Assembly (NCBI GenBank): GCA_051879955.1
Contig: JBJENA010000078.1
Coordinates: 1,618-65,617 of the forward strand
Source: Wujia sp.
Lineage (GTDB): Bacteria > Bacillota > Clostridia > Lachnospirales > Lachnospiraceae
Length of the DNA: 64,000 nt
Direction of reading: 5' to 3'
This document shows, in pieces, positions 48,244 to 57,308 of the stretch. Position 1 is the stretch's first letter. The number at the start of each line of letters is the position of its first letter. The notes under the pieces were generated by a model. It saw only the letters and a program-made list of their open reading frames with translations. It ran no database searches and was not told the DNA's origin. Made by a program: the position numbers and the translations under genes.

Positions 48244-49845
48244 TCACTCCCAATCGTCGTTTAACCAGTTACGCAACAAAGCTGCAACCGCTTCCGGATT
48301 CTCGTCCACAAACTTCTCAATCTGTTGTTTCGCTGCCGACTTATCACTAAATTCAATATCATCCAAGGTCTGATTCTCCTTCGTAGTGGCAAGCAAGGCC
48401 TCAACCGAAAGCTCCGGTTCTACCTCTACCACTTCTTCCGGTTTCATGCTCTTGAATACTACGAACAATAACAATCCACCAATAATCACCGCAAGTACAA
48501 TAGACAGAATACTCTGAACCGGAATCTGCTTTTCCTCTGCCGGATAAAAGACCGGAACAATGCGTTCTACCACATAGATATTCGACGCTTTCATACCGGT
48601 AGCACTTGACAGCATGTTTACCATTTCCTCCGGATTGATATTCTCCGTTGGGTTGGAATTTGCAGCCTGATATTCTGCAAAGGTTGTGCCCTCAAGCAAT
48701 CCCTGTTCCTGCATGGTGGTTTCATTGTAGTTTTCATATCGTGTCAGATACAAAGCCATGCTCGAATTCTTCATATCAACATCACCAACCGGTGTTGTTG
48801 TAACCGTACGTGTGTAACTTGTCTCATAGGTGTCCTTAAGCAGGCTCAGTGAAGATTCTCCAGTCGCATTATCCAACAAATTGTAATCTGTAATTTCCTC
48901 TCCATTCGCATCTGTACCTACAACACCGCCCGTTCCGTCGGTGTTCTCAGCAAGATAATAATAGTGCGTAGACTTTGGACCCGTGTCGTCTTCATCGTTG
49001 GAATAATACTCCATGTTCTCAATTTCCTGTTTCGATATGTTGACATCCAGATTCGAAGAAACGGACACTTCATCATATACACCGGAATTCACCATCAAAT
49101 TCCAGATTTTATTGTTATAATATTCTTCTACCTGTTGCTCTACTGCAATCACCGTATTTACAACAGAAGAACTGCTCGAGCCGGAAAACAGAAGTTTTCC
49201 TTTGTTGTCTACGATTGTAATACGATCGGTATCCGAATTACCCACACAGCTTTTTGCGTATTCAGCAATCGCTGTTGTACTTTCTTCACTGTAATTTCCG
49301 CCAATTGTCAGCATGATACTGACACTTGCTTCCTCGTCCTTTGCATAAATCGTACTGGTCTTATCCGGCAGATTTATCGTAACACTTGCTTTATTTACAC
49401 CTTCAAACAACGCAATATCTGTTTCCATGCAGGACTGCAGATACAGCTTTGCCTTCAATTTTTTCTCTGAATCTGTAGTATTAAAGCTATTATCAAACAA
49501 ACTATTGACATCAAAGCCTTCTGTCCGAACGCTGATTCCATTTTCACCAAGCAACAATCTCGCTTTTGAAACCTGGTTTTCGTCTACTTCAATCTTCGTA
49601 GCTGCGTCATTTACCCTATATGTAATCGTATTCTCATCCAACAAACTGGCTGCCTTTGCACAGGCTGCTGTATCTTCAAATGTAGACAAAGTCACATAGG
49701 TAGTCCGGTTCAAAATCACAACCAAAGCAATAATTGCAATCAATACCGCTGCTAACACCGAGAAAAACAAGGTTTTCTGTCTTCTAGTATACTTTTTCCA
49801 AAATTCAACTATCCGTTGCGGAAGCTGATTCAACCATTCTCTCAT
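48244..49845 (-). CDS. fliF: Flagellar MS-ring protein FliF
   Basis: Two TMs, ASVSIML, C-terminal ENPEAVAALLRNWL; position between fliE and fliG. Confidence 0.92.
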   Translation of the reverse strand: MREWLNQLPQRIVEFWKKYTRRQKTLFFSVLAAVLIAIIALVVILNRTTYVTLSTFEDTAACAKAASLLDENTITYRVNDAATKIEVDENQVSKARLLLGENGISVRTEGFDVNSLFDNSFNTTDSEKKLKAKLYLQSCMETDIALFEGVNKASVTINLPDKTSTIYAKDEEASVSIMLTIGGNYSEESTTAIAEYAKSCVGNSDTDRITIVDNKGKLLFSGSSSSSVVNTVIAVEQQVEEYYNNKIWNLMVNSGVYDEVSVSSNLDVNISKQEIENMEYYSNDEDDTGPKSTHYYYLAENTDGTGGVVGTDANGEEITDYNLLDNATGESSLSLLKDTYETSYTRTVTTTPVGDVDMKNSSMALYLTRYENYNETTMQEQGLLEGTTFAEYQAANSNPTENINPEEMVNMLSSATGMKASNIYVVERIVPVFYPAEEKQIPVQSILSIVLAVIIGGLLLFVVFKSMKPEEVVEVEPELSVEALLATTKENQTLDDIEFSDKSAAKQQIEKFVDENPEAVAALLRNWLNDDWE

Positions 49846-49880
49846 ATCATTTCCTACTTCATTCGTTCTGTACGCCTAAT

Positions 49881-50228
49881 TTATAATTGCATACTCATCA
49901 ACTCTTTATATGCAGACACAACTGCATTTGTAATCTTTACTGTATATTGCAAAGAAATATTTGCCTTTTGCTGTGCCAAAGCGACATCATGAATACTATC
50001 TGAATATCCAAGGGCATAGCTCATCTCCGCAGACTCGGCTGACTTTTGCAAAGAGTCTGCTTCTTTGTACATATTTACAGCCGCATTTAAAAATGTATCA
50101 AATGCTGTTTCTCCTGTTTGCTGCGCTCTTGCCTGCGCCTTTTGCGCACTTCCAAGACTGTTCATGGACGAAATTCCATTCAATGTCGTCCACTCGTCAC
50201 TATACAGATTTACCGGTGTTACAGACAT
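49881..50228 (-). CDS. fliE: Hook-basal body protein FliE
   Basis: IHDVALAQQKANISLQ..AYKELMSMQL. Confidence 0.94.
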   Translation of the reverse strand: MSVTPVNLYSDEWTTLNGISSMNSLGSAQKAQARAQQTGETAFDTFLNAAVNMYKEADSLQKSAESAEMSYALGYSDSIHDVALAQQKANISLQYTVKITNAVVSAYKELMSMQL

Positions 50229-50239
50229 ACGCTACTCTC

Positions 50240-50680
50240 CTAACTGCTAAATAATTCCAATCCCTTTGATGCAATCCCCTTCGCTGCATTAAATGCAGTC
50301 ACACTTGCTTCGTACGAGCGGCTGGCATCAATCAGGTTTGTCATCTCTGTCACTGTATCTACATTTGGATATTCCACATATCCATCCTCGTTTGCATCCG
50401 GGTTGTCCGGCTCATACACAAGTCTCAAATCCGACGGATCTTCTACAATTTTTGTCACTTTCACACCGTTTGGCTGATAGTGGCTCAAATACCCACTCAA
50501 TATGTGGTCAAAGCTTGTTGTATCTTTCTCCTGAAATACAACATTCTTTCTTCTGTATGCCTCTCCATTTTCTGTTCGTGTCGTATTTGCATTTGCAATA
50601 TTTTCTGCAATGATATCCATACGCATTTGCTGCGCGGTCATTCCGGTTGCAGAAACATTCATAGCTGAAAAAACACCCAT
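50240..50680 (-). CDS. flgC: Basal body rod protein FlgC
   Basis: SATGMTAQQMRMDIIAENIANANTTRT, GYVEYPNVD; start at 50680 with GGAGG RBS. Confidence 0.97.
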   Translation of the reverse strand: MGVFSAMNVSATGMTAQQMRMDIIAENIANANTTRTENGEAYRRKNVVFQEKDTTSFDHILSGYLSHYQPNGVKVTKIVEDPSDLRLVYEPDNPDANEDGYVEYPNVDTVTEMTNLIDASRSYEASVTAFNAAKGIASKGLELFSS

Positions 50681-50704
50681 ATAATACCTCCTAATCACTT
50701 GTCA

Positions 50705-51103
50705 TTATGAACCTGAATTGAGCACGGACTTATATCTGCCAAATTCCTGGTTCATCAAATCCACCAATGCCTGATAACGAATCTGATTTTCCGCCAAATT
50801 CGCTTCTTCTGTATTTATATCGACATTATTTCCATCTAATCGATAGGATAAAGAAGCATTATCTGTATAAATCTGTGGGTCGAGCGTCTCAAGGTCTTTG
50901 TTTGCATTTTTTACTGCTTTACTCAGACTCTTTTCTCCGCCTAACTCTGCCTGTAAGACAGATTCAAAATCAATATCTTTTCGTTTGTAATGTGGAGTAT
51001 CCACATTTGCAATATTGTTCGCTAATAATTCATTTCTAAGATTTGCAGCATCTGCGGCCTTATCCAGAATATTCACATAATCATATATCCCTGACGTAAT
51101 CAT
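50705..51103 (-). CDS. flgB: Basal body rod protein FlgB
   Basis: NNIANVDTPHYKRKDIDF, RLDGNNVD; start at 51103 with AGGAGG RBS. Confidence 0.97.
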   Translation of the reverse strand: MITSGIYDYVNILDKAADAANLRNELLANNIANVDTPHYKRKDIDFESVLQAELGGEKSLSKAVKNANKDLETLDPQIYTDNASLSYRLDGNNVDINTEEANLAENQIRYQALVDLMNQEFGRYKSVLNSGS

Positions 51104-51124
51104 GTAGATTCCTCCTATCCTTTT

Positions 51125-51171
51125 CAAAACAATAAAATAGCTACTATATGAGTACCCATATAGTAGCTATT
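51125..51171 (-). terminator. 15-bp perfect inverted repeat (topA terminator and/or flgB operator)
   Basis: AATAGCTACTATATG-ggtact-CATATAGTAGCTATT (51136-51171) followed by TTATTGTTTT. Confidence 0.65.
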
Positions 51172-51197
51172 CTATCATATATTGCGACATGCTACAA
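51169..51197 (-). promoter_or_regulatory. SigA promoter of the flgB operon
   Basis: TTGTAG-N17-TAGAAT with extended -10 TG. Confidence 0.6.
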
Positions 51198-51205
51198 CAA
51201 AAAAC

Positions 51206-53248
51206 TTAATTTCCGTTCTCGCAGGAATATCCACAATCCTGTGAAGAACACAAAAGTCTGTTTCCCTTTTCGACCATATAACTTCCGCATTTCGGACAAG
51301 CCGTTTTCGATGGCTTAGACCAAGACATAAATTCACAGTCCGGATATGCAATACATCCATAGTATTTTCTGCCTTTTTTCGTCTTTCGGAGTACCAAATC
51401 CTGCCCACAGTTCGGACATGCTACCCCAATCTTCTCGTAATGTGGTTTTGTGTTCTTGCACTCCGGAAATCCCGGACAAGCCAAAAATTTACCGTGCGGA
51501 CCATATTTGATTACCATCATCCTGCCACATACTTCACAAGGAACATCCGTCACTTCATCTGCAATTTTTACAGATTCCAATGTTTTTTCCGCTTCTTTTA
51601 AGGAATTCTCCAGGTCCGGATAGAAGTTACGAATCACTACCTTCCACTCGAGCTGTCCTTCCTCAATGCTATCGAGCAGCGACTCTATATTGGCTGTAAA
51701 TTCTGTGTCTACGATTGCAGGAAATGCATCCGACATCATTTTATTTACGGCTTCACCAAGCTCTGTCACATACAAATTCTTGTTTTCTTTTACCACATAT
51801 CTTCGCGCGATAATGGTGGAAATGGTAGACGCATACGTGGAAGGACGGCCAATTCCAAGCTCCTCCATCGTCTTTACCAAAAACGCCTCGGTAAAATGAG
51901 CCGGTGGCTGTGTAAAATGCTGTTTTTCTTCCTGTTGCTCACAAACAAGGCAGGCGCCTGCCTTCAACCCTGTAAGCCGGCTTTTTTCTTCCTTCTCGTC
52001 ATCTAATGAATATACACACATAAATCCGTCAAATACAACCTTCGAACTGCTTGCACGGAATTTATGCTTTGCTGCTTCTACTGTAACCGTCTTGGTTTCA
52101 TACACTGCAGGCTTCATACGGCTTGCAAGGAAACGGTTGTAAATCAATTGATACAATCGGAACTGGTCTCTGGACAGCTGATCCTTGAGCTTTGCAGGTG
52201 TCAACTCCACATTTGTAGGGCGAATAGCCTCATGCGCATCCTGTATTTTCTTTCCGGATACACTCTGGCTGACATCCCCGACATAGGAATCCCCATATTG
52301 GGTTGCTATGAACGCTTTTGCTGCCTGATCTGCCTCTTCCGAAATTCTCGTTGAATCTGTACGCAGATATGTGATCAAACCAACACTTCCCATACCTTTT
52401 ACTTCGACACCTTCATACAGTTGCTGTGCAATACGCATCGTCTTGCTGGTCGCAAAATTCAGCTTCTTTCCGGCTTCCTGTTGCATCGTACTTGTAGTAA
52501 ATGGAAGTGGCTGTTTTTTGGTCTTTTCTGTATTCTTGATATCCGAAACCGAAAAACTCTGATTTGCAATATCCTTCTTGATTTGGTCAAGTTCTTCCTT
52601 CTTGAGTTTATCCTTACTGTAATGGAAGCAAACCGGCTTTAGTCCATTGTCTTGTGACAACATCACATCCAGGCTCCAATATTCTTCCGGAATAAATGCA
52701 TTAATCTCTTCTTCCCGATCACAAATCAAACGCAAAGCCACAGATTGCACACGACCGGCACTCAAACCTCTTTTGATTTTCTCCCATAATAATGGGCTAA
52801 TCGAATATCCAACCAACCGGTCAAGGACACGACGTGCCTGCTGTGCATTTACTAAATCCATATCGATATCTCTTGCGTTTTTGATTGATGCCTTCACTGC
52901 ATTTTTTGTGATTTCGTTAAACGTAATTCGTTTGTAATTTTTATTTTCCAGCTTCAAAGCAACAACCAAGTGATAGGAAATTGCTTCTCCCTCACGGTCA
53001 GGGTCCGTTGCAAGATATACTTTATCTGCCTTTTTCACAGCTTTACGAAGCTGCGCCAACAATTCTCCTTTTCCGCGAATCGTAATGTAATGTGGTTCAT
53101 AATCATTTGCAATGTCGATTCCCATCTGACTTTTGGGCATATCTCTTACATGTCCGTTTGAAGCAATCACTTCATAATTGCTTCCCAAAAATTTTTTAAT
53201 CGTTTTTGCTTTTGCAGGAGACTCTACAATTACAAGATTCTTCGCCAT
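51206..53248 (-). CDS. topA: DNA topoisomerase I
   Basis: LVIVESPAKAKTI, ATDPDREGE, GLITYLRTDS, C-terminal Zn ribbons. Confidence 0.99.
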   Translation of the reverse strand: MAKNLVIVESPAKAKTIKKFLGSNYEVIASNGHVRDMPKSQMGIDIANDYEPHYITIRGKGELLAQLRKAVKKADKVYLATDPDREGEAISYHLVVALKLENKNYKRITFNEITKNAVKASIKNARDIDMDLVNAQQARRVLDRLVGYSISPLLWEKIKRGLSAGRVQSVALRLICDREEEINAFIPEEYWSLDVMLSQDNGLKPVCFHYSKDKLKKEELDQIKKDIANQSFSVSDIKNTEKTKKQPLPFTTSTMQQEAGKKLNFATSKTMRIAQQLYEGVEVKGMGSVGLITYLRTDSTRISEEADQAAKAFIATQYGDSYVGDVSQSVSGKKIQDAHEAIRPTNVELTPAKLKDQLSRDQFRLYQLIYNRFLASRMKPAVYETKTVTVEAAKHKFRASSSKVVFDGFMCVYSLDDEKEEKSRLTGLKAGACLVCEQQEEKQHFTQPPAHFTEAFLVKTMEELGIGRPSTYASTISTIIARRYVVKENKNLYVTELGEAVNKMMSDAFPAIVDTEFTANIESLLDSIEEGQLEWKVVIRNFYPDLENSLKEAEKTLESVKIADEVTDVPCEVCGRMMVIKYGPHGKFLACPGFPECKNTKPHYEKIGVACPNCGQDLVLRKTKKGRKYYGCIAYPDCEFMSWSKPSKTACPKCGSYMVEKGNRLLCSSQDCGYSCENGN

Positions 53249-53311
53249 TTGCTAATCCTCCACCCTCTATAGAACCTAAAGAACCTGAAAAATCAGGAAT
53301 TCATCTATTTT

Positions 53312-54436
53312 CTAAATATTCTTTATATAATATCCACGCATAGTTTGTTTGACAAGTCCCTTTGTTTCAAGACCATATAACACACTAATCGTTTTTGAAA
53401 CCCCCAATTTGGAAGCTTTCACAAGCTCATCCACAAACACCGGGTCTAAGTCAAGGCAACTATACACTAATTTTTCCTCAGGTGCAAGATTATTTTTTTT
53501 ATCTTCCTCTTCTTTGGTATTCTTACTTGGTTCGAAATCCATTTTTTCTTCTCCCCAAAGGTCTAGCAAAATGTCCTCCGGCTTTGTGACACACAAAGCT
53601 CCCATTTTGATCAAATCATTGTTTCCTTCACTCAATGCATCCATGATACGACCCGGAAATGCATACACCTGTTTTCCCTGTTCCAAAGCCAAATCCGCAG
53701 TAATCAGGGAGCCGCTTTTCTTCTTTGCACAGGTTACCAATACACCATCCGAAAGTCCACTGATAATCCGGTTTCGCGCAGGAAATTGAAATGGATTTGG
53801 CGCAACATCCAGCCCATACTCTGACAAAACAAGTCCCTCTTCCTTGATACGCTCATACAACGAGATGTGTTCCTTTGGATATGTCACATTGATTCCACAG
53901 CCAAGCACTGCCACCGTATAACCCTTGCCCTCCAGACATCCAATGTGCGCTTCACTGTCGATGCCGCGCGCGAGTCCGCTGATAATATGAATCCCATTTT
54001 TTGCGAGTTCTCTCGCAAACACTCTGGTCGTCTCCCGATGATAGGTATCCGCATTTCTCGCTCCCACAATCGCAAGATTCTGGTTATAAAAATCTAAGCT
54101 TTTATCCAACTTTCCCACAGCATACAGAAGACGCGGACTATCGTATATATGACGAAGTTTATCCGGATATGCGTTCTTTTCTTCATACAACAGCGTAACC
54201 CGGTGTTTGTCCAATCGTTCCATCTGCGACTCCAAGAACCCAACATTCCTTCTTTCTAACAGTCGGTTTGCAGCCTCTTCATATCCGACCTGTTGTGAAA
54301 TCGCTAGCAAAGTTGCCGCATCCATTTCATACAGTGCTTCCACACTCCCAAAACGAGCGAGGAGATATTGACGCAATTTTAAAGAAATGGCAGGATTTCC
54401 ATCAAACCAAAGGTGCATCATATCCTGATTTCGCAT
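53312..54436 (-). CDS. dprA: DNA-processing protein DprA
   Basis: AIVGAR, ISGLARGIDSEAH, FPARNRIISGLS, SGSLITA motifs. Confidence 0.97.
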   Translation of the reverse strand: MRNQDMMHLWFDGNPAISLKLRQYLLARFGSVEALYEMDAATLLAISQQVGYEEAANRLLERRNVGFLESQMERLDKHRVTLLYEEKNAYPDKLRHIYDSPRLLYAVGKLDKSLDFYNQNLAIVGARNADTYHRETTRVFARELAKNGIHIISGLARGIDSEAHIGCLEGKGYTVAVLGCGINVTYPKEHISLYERIKEEGLVLSEYGLDVAPNPFQFPARNRIISGLSDGVLVTCAKKKSGSLITADLALEQGKQVYAFPGRIMDALSEGNNDLIKMGALCVTKPEDILLDLWGEEKMDFEPSKNTKEEEDKKNNLAPEEKLVYSCLDLDPVFVDELVKASKLGVSKTISVLYGLETKGLVKQTMRGYYIKNI

Positions 54437-55968
54437 ACTCCCACCTCCCTGGTGAACAATTCTTCATTCCGATAGAAAAATGCCTCCTGCAAATGCGGAA
54501 GTAACACCATCTCGCTGTCTTCTAAATCGGCAATCGTTCTGGCAAGTCTCAACACTCGATGAAGTCCTCTCATTGACAGGTGATTCGTCATGAAACGTTC
54601 CTCCAACAGTTGCTGTGCCTCATAATCAAGCCGGATATATGTTTCAATCTGCTTTCCATCTAACTGGGAATTAAAGCTTATTTTGTCATTTACAAACCGC
54701 TGTTGCTGTATCCTTCTGGCTTTTTCAACCCTTTTTCGAATCTGCTTTGATGTCTCCTGTTTTCTTTCTTCAAACAATTCGTTGTGCCCCACTGCCCGTA
54801 CTTCCATGCGTATATCGATACGGTCCAAAAGCGGACCACTGACTTTATTTTGATAGTTTTGTATTTGTTTTGGGGTACATTGACACCGACTGCTAGGATA
54901 ATTTCCACATGGACAGGGATTCATAGCAGCAACCATCATAAAATCTGCCGGAAATTCATAGGAAGCATGTAATCTGGAAATACAGATTTTTCTTTCTTCC
55001 AAAGGTTCCCGCAACACTTCAAGCACATGCTTTTGAAATTCCGGCAATTCATCCAGAAACAACACTCCCATATGCGCAAAGCTCACCTCTCCCGGTCCCG
55101 GAATCCTGCCACCTCCCACAAGTGCCTGTTCTGAAATCGTATGATGCGGGGAACGAAATGGTCGATGATAAATCAGGCTCCCTTCCTGATTCAGCTTTCC
55201 TCCCACACTATAGATTTTGGTTACTTCCAGCTGTTCTTCAAATGTCATCCTGGGCAAAATACCCGGCAAGCGTTTGACCAGCATTGATTTTCCTGCACCC
55301 GCCGGACCGCAAAGCAATACATTGTGAAATCCTGCTGCCGCAATCTCCATGCCACGTTTTATACTTTCCTGTCCCTTCACCTCAGAAAAATCAAGTGACG
55401 TACACTCACATTCCTCTTCGCAAAATAGATTTGTTGTTTTTTCCGGTTCAATCTTCCTGATTCCTTGTAAATACTCCACACATTCCAAAAGACTATCCAC
55501 TCCGATAATCTCTATGTGCCTTACCAGTGCAGCTTCCTTTGTATTGTTCTTTGGAACGATACAGATTTTGCAGCCTTCTATCGCAGCCTGATTCACCATA
55601 GGCAACACACCTCGAATTGGGCGAACACTTCCGTCTAAGCTCAACTCTCCCAAAATCATGACATGATTCATGTCATATTCCGAAACAATTCCCATTGCTA
55701 GCAACACAGCTACCGCAATCGATAAATCAAAACCGGAACCATCTTTTTTTAAATCTGCCGGGGATAAATTGACCGTGATTCGCTTTGCGGGCAAGTGATA
55801 CCCAGAATTTTTAAGCGCGGTCTGAACTCTCTGTGCAGCCTCCTTCACAGAAGAAGAAAGATATCCAACCATGGTGAACATCGGCAGACCATCATGTACG
55901 TCTGCCTCCACCATGATTGTTCGTCCATCTACACCCGCAACTGCACAACTTTTTACTTTACTATACAT
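54418..55968 (-). CDS. comM: ComM/YifB Mg-chelatase-like AAA+ ATPase
   Basis: ITVNLSPADLKKDGSGFDL, PFRSPHH, LFLDELPEF, AMNPCPCG; start at 55968 (MYSKV) with GGGAG RBS. Confidence 0.96.
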   Translation of the reverse strand: MYSKVKSCAVAGVDGRTIMVEADVHDGLPMFTMVGYLSSSVKEAAQRVQTALKNSGYHLPAKRITVNLSPADLKKDGSGFDLSIAVAVLLAMGIVSEYDMNHVMILGELSLDGSVRPIRGVLPMVNQAAIEGCKICIVPKNNTKEAALVRHIEIIGVDSLLECVEYLQGIRKIEPEKTTNLFCEEECECTSLDFSEVKGQESIKRGMEIAAAGFHNVLLCGPAGAGKSMLVKRLPGILPRMTFEEQLEVTKIYSVGGKLNQEGSLIYHRPFRSPHHTISEQALVGGGRIPGPGEVSFAHMGVLFLDELPEFQKHVLEVLREPLEERKICISRLHASYEFPADFMMVAAMNPCPCGNYPSSRCQCTPKQIQNYQNKVSGPLLDRIDIRMEVRAVGHNELFEERKQETSKQIRKRVEKARRIQQQRFVNDKISFNSQLDGKQIETYIRLDYEAQQLLEERFMTNHLSMRGLHRVLRLARTIADLEDSEMVLLPHLQEAFFYRNEELFTREVGVCEIRI

Positions 55969-56005
55969 TTTTCTCCCTTCCACTCCAAGGGAACTGGTCG
56001 TTCCT

Positions 56006-56035
56006 ATCATAACGGAAAAGAATGGAGATTGTCAA
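56006..56035 (-). promoter_or_regulatory. SigA promoter of comM-dprA-topA
   Basis: TTGACA-N18-TATGAT. Confidence 0.65.
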
Positions 56036-56041
56036 CTGATT

Positions 56042-56605
56042 CTATTTCTTTTGAACACTGTATCCAAATTTACCAACATACTCGCCCAACGTAAAATACT
56101 GTCCATGCGAATACGCAACCAAATTGGCCTGATTTAAATCAAACTTACCGGTTTCGTCCATATATGCCTCATCTGCACGTACTGCCGTTACTTCTGCTAG
56201 AAACATATCATGACTTCCAAGCTCTAACACCTGTGTCACCTTGCATTCGATATTCACAGGACTTTCCTTGATGGAAGGAACCGATACCGTGGCACTGTCT
56301 TCTTTTGTCAAATGCATCTTCTCGAACTTGTCCTCATCCCTGCCTGATCGGACACCACAGTAATCCATGGCAAAACACAAATCCTTTGAAATCAGATTGA
56401 TTACAAATTCTCCGTTTTTTGTAAGCAACTCATGTGAATATCTTGATTTTCTGACAGAGATAGAGACCATCGGCGGATCCGAATTCACTGTACCTGTCCA
56501 CGCAATTGTCAACACATTATCGTTACCCTTTCCATCACCAACTGTCACCATCACAGCCGGTACCGGATATAACATATTTCCCGGTTTCCATACCTGCTTT
56601 CCCAT
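56042..56605 (-). CDS. Flavin reductase-like (flavoredoxin) protein
   Basis: LYPVPAVMV, GEFVIN, CGVRSGRD, ESPVNIECKV, GSHDMF motifs. Confidence 0.92.
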   Translation of the reverse strand: MGKQVWKPGNMLYPVPAVMVTVGDGKGNDNVLTIAWTGTVNSDPPMVSISVRKSRYSHELLTKNGEFVINLISKDLCFAMDYCGVRSGRDEDKFEKMHLTKEDSATVSVPSIKESPVNIECKVTQVLELGSHDMFLAEVTAVRADEAYMDETGKFDLNQANLVAYSHGQYFTLGEYVGKFGYSVQKK

Positions 56606-56625
56606 CTTTTCTTCCTTTCACATAC

Positions 56626-57300
56626 TCACTCTAACAAACTGCGAATTTCCTGCATCTTATAATCCATCGCCGTAATGGTATCTGCACATTTTTTCAATTC
56701 CTGTGCGATGATTTCCGGATGCTTGAGATTGTCCTTTTTATACTTCAGTTTATGGTCCAGACTTGCCCAAAAATCCATGGCAATCGTTCGAAATTGAACT
56801 TCCACCTTCATATACTTCTTTTCACTCGATAAAAAGATTGGAACCTCCACAATCAAATGCAGACTGCGGTATCCATTGGCCTTTGGATTTCTTATGTAAT
56901 CCTTGACACATACCACATTGATATCATCCTGTTGTGTCAACAGACGTGAAACGGTATAGATATCTTCCGGGAAGGAACAAATCACCCGAATTCCGGCGAT
57001 ATCTGTCAGGTTTGCCTCGATATTTTCAATCGTAATATCCAAACCCTTTTTCTTCATCTTTTCCACAATGCTGATTGGTTTTTTCAGACGACACCGTATC
57101 GATTCAAATGGATTTCGATTGTATTGCGATGCAAATTCTGTATTCAAAACCTTAAGCTTTGTCTCAATTTCCATCAAAGCACACTCGTAGTGCATCATAA
57201 GCTCAATAAACGGTTGCATGTTTTGCAACACTTTTTCGGGATTATCCGAGTTCATCAAAACTTCCACACTCATATCCGTACTTAAACTCATAGCCAACAC
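56626..57300 (-). CDS. Small alarmone synthetase (RelP/RelQ-like GTP pyrophosphokinase)
   Basis: RLKKPISI, DIAGIRVIC, KDYIRNPKANGYRSLH, EVQFRTIAMDFWASLDHKLKYK motifs. Confidence 0.94.
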   Translation of the reverse strand: MLAMSLSTDMSVEVLMNSDNPEKVLQNMQPFIELMMHYECALMEIETKLKVLNTEFASQYNRNPFESIRCRLKKPISIVEKMKKKGLDITIENIEANLTDIAGIRVICSFPEDIYTVSRLLTQQDDINVVCVKDYIRNPKANGYRSLHLIVEVPIFLSSEKKYMKVEVQFRTIAMDFWASLDHKLKYKKDNLKHPEIIAQELKKCADTITAMDYKMQEIRSLLE

Positions 57301-57308
57301 CCCTTGTA

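Noticed and set aside
47406-48350. 314-aa plus-strand ORF
   Set aside because: Antisense to highly conserved fliG; no family motif.
51104-51205. c-di-GMP riboswitch or invertible flagellar switch upstream of flgB
   Set aside because: Too short, no GEMM-type motifs, no separated inverted repeats flanking an invertible segment, and no recombinase in the window.
53271-53297. AGAACCT direct repeat and small hairpin between dprA and topA
   Set aside because: Short and low-information; could easily be chance.
56626-57300. Toxic SAS (toxSAS) toxin-antitoxin system
   Set aside because: The sequence closely follows housekeeping RelP/RelQ motifs including the C-terminal helix; no recognisable antitoxin or mobile context.
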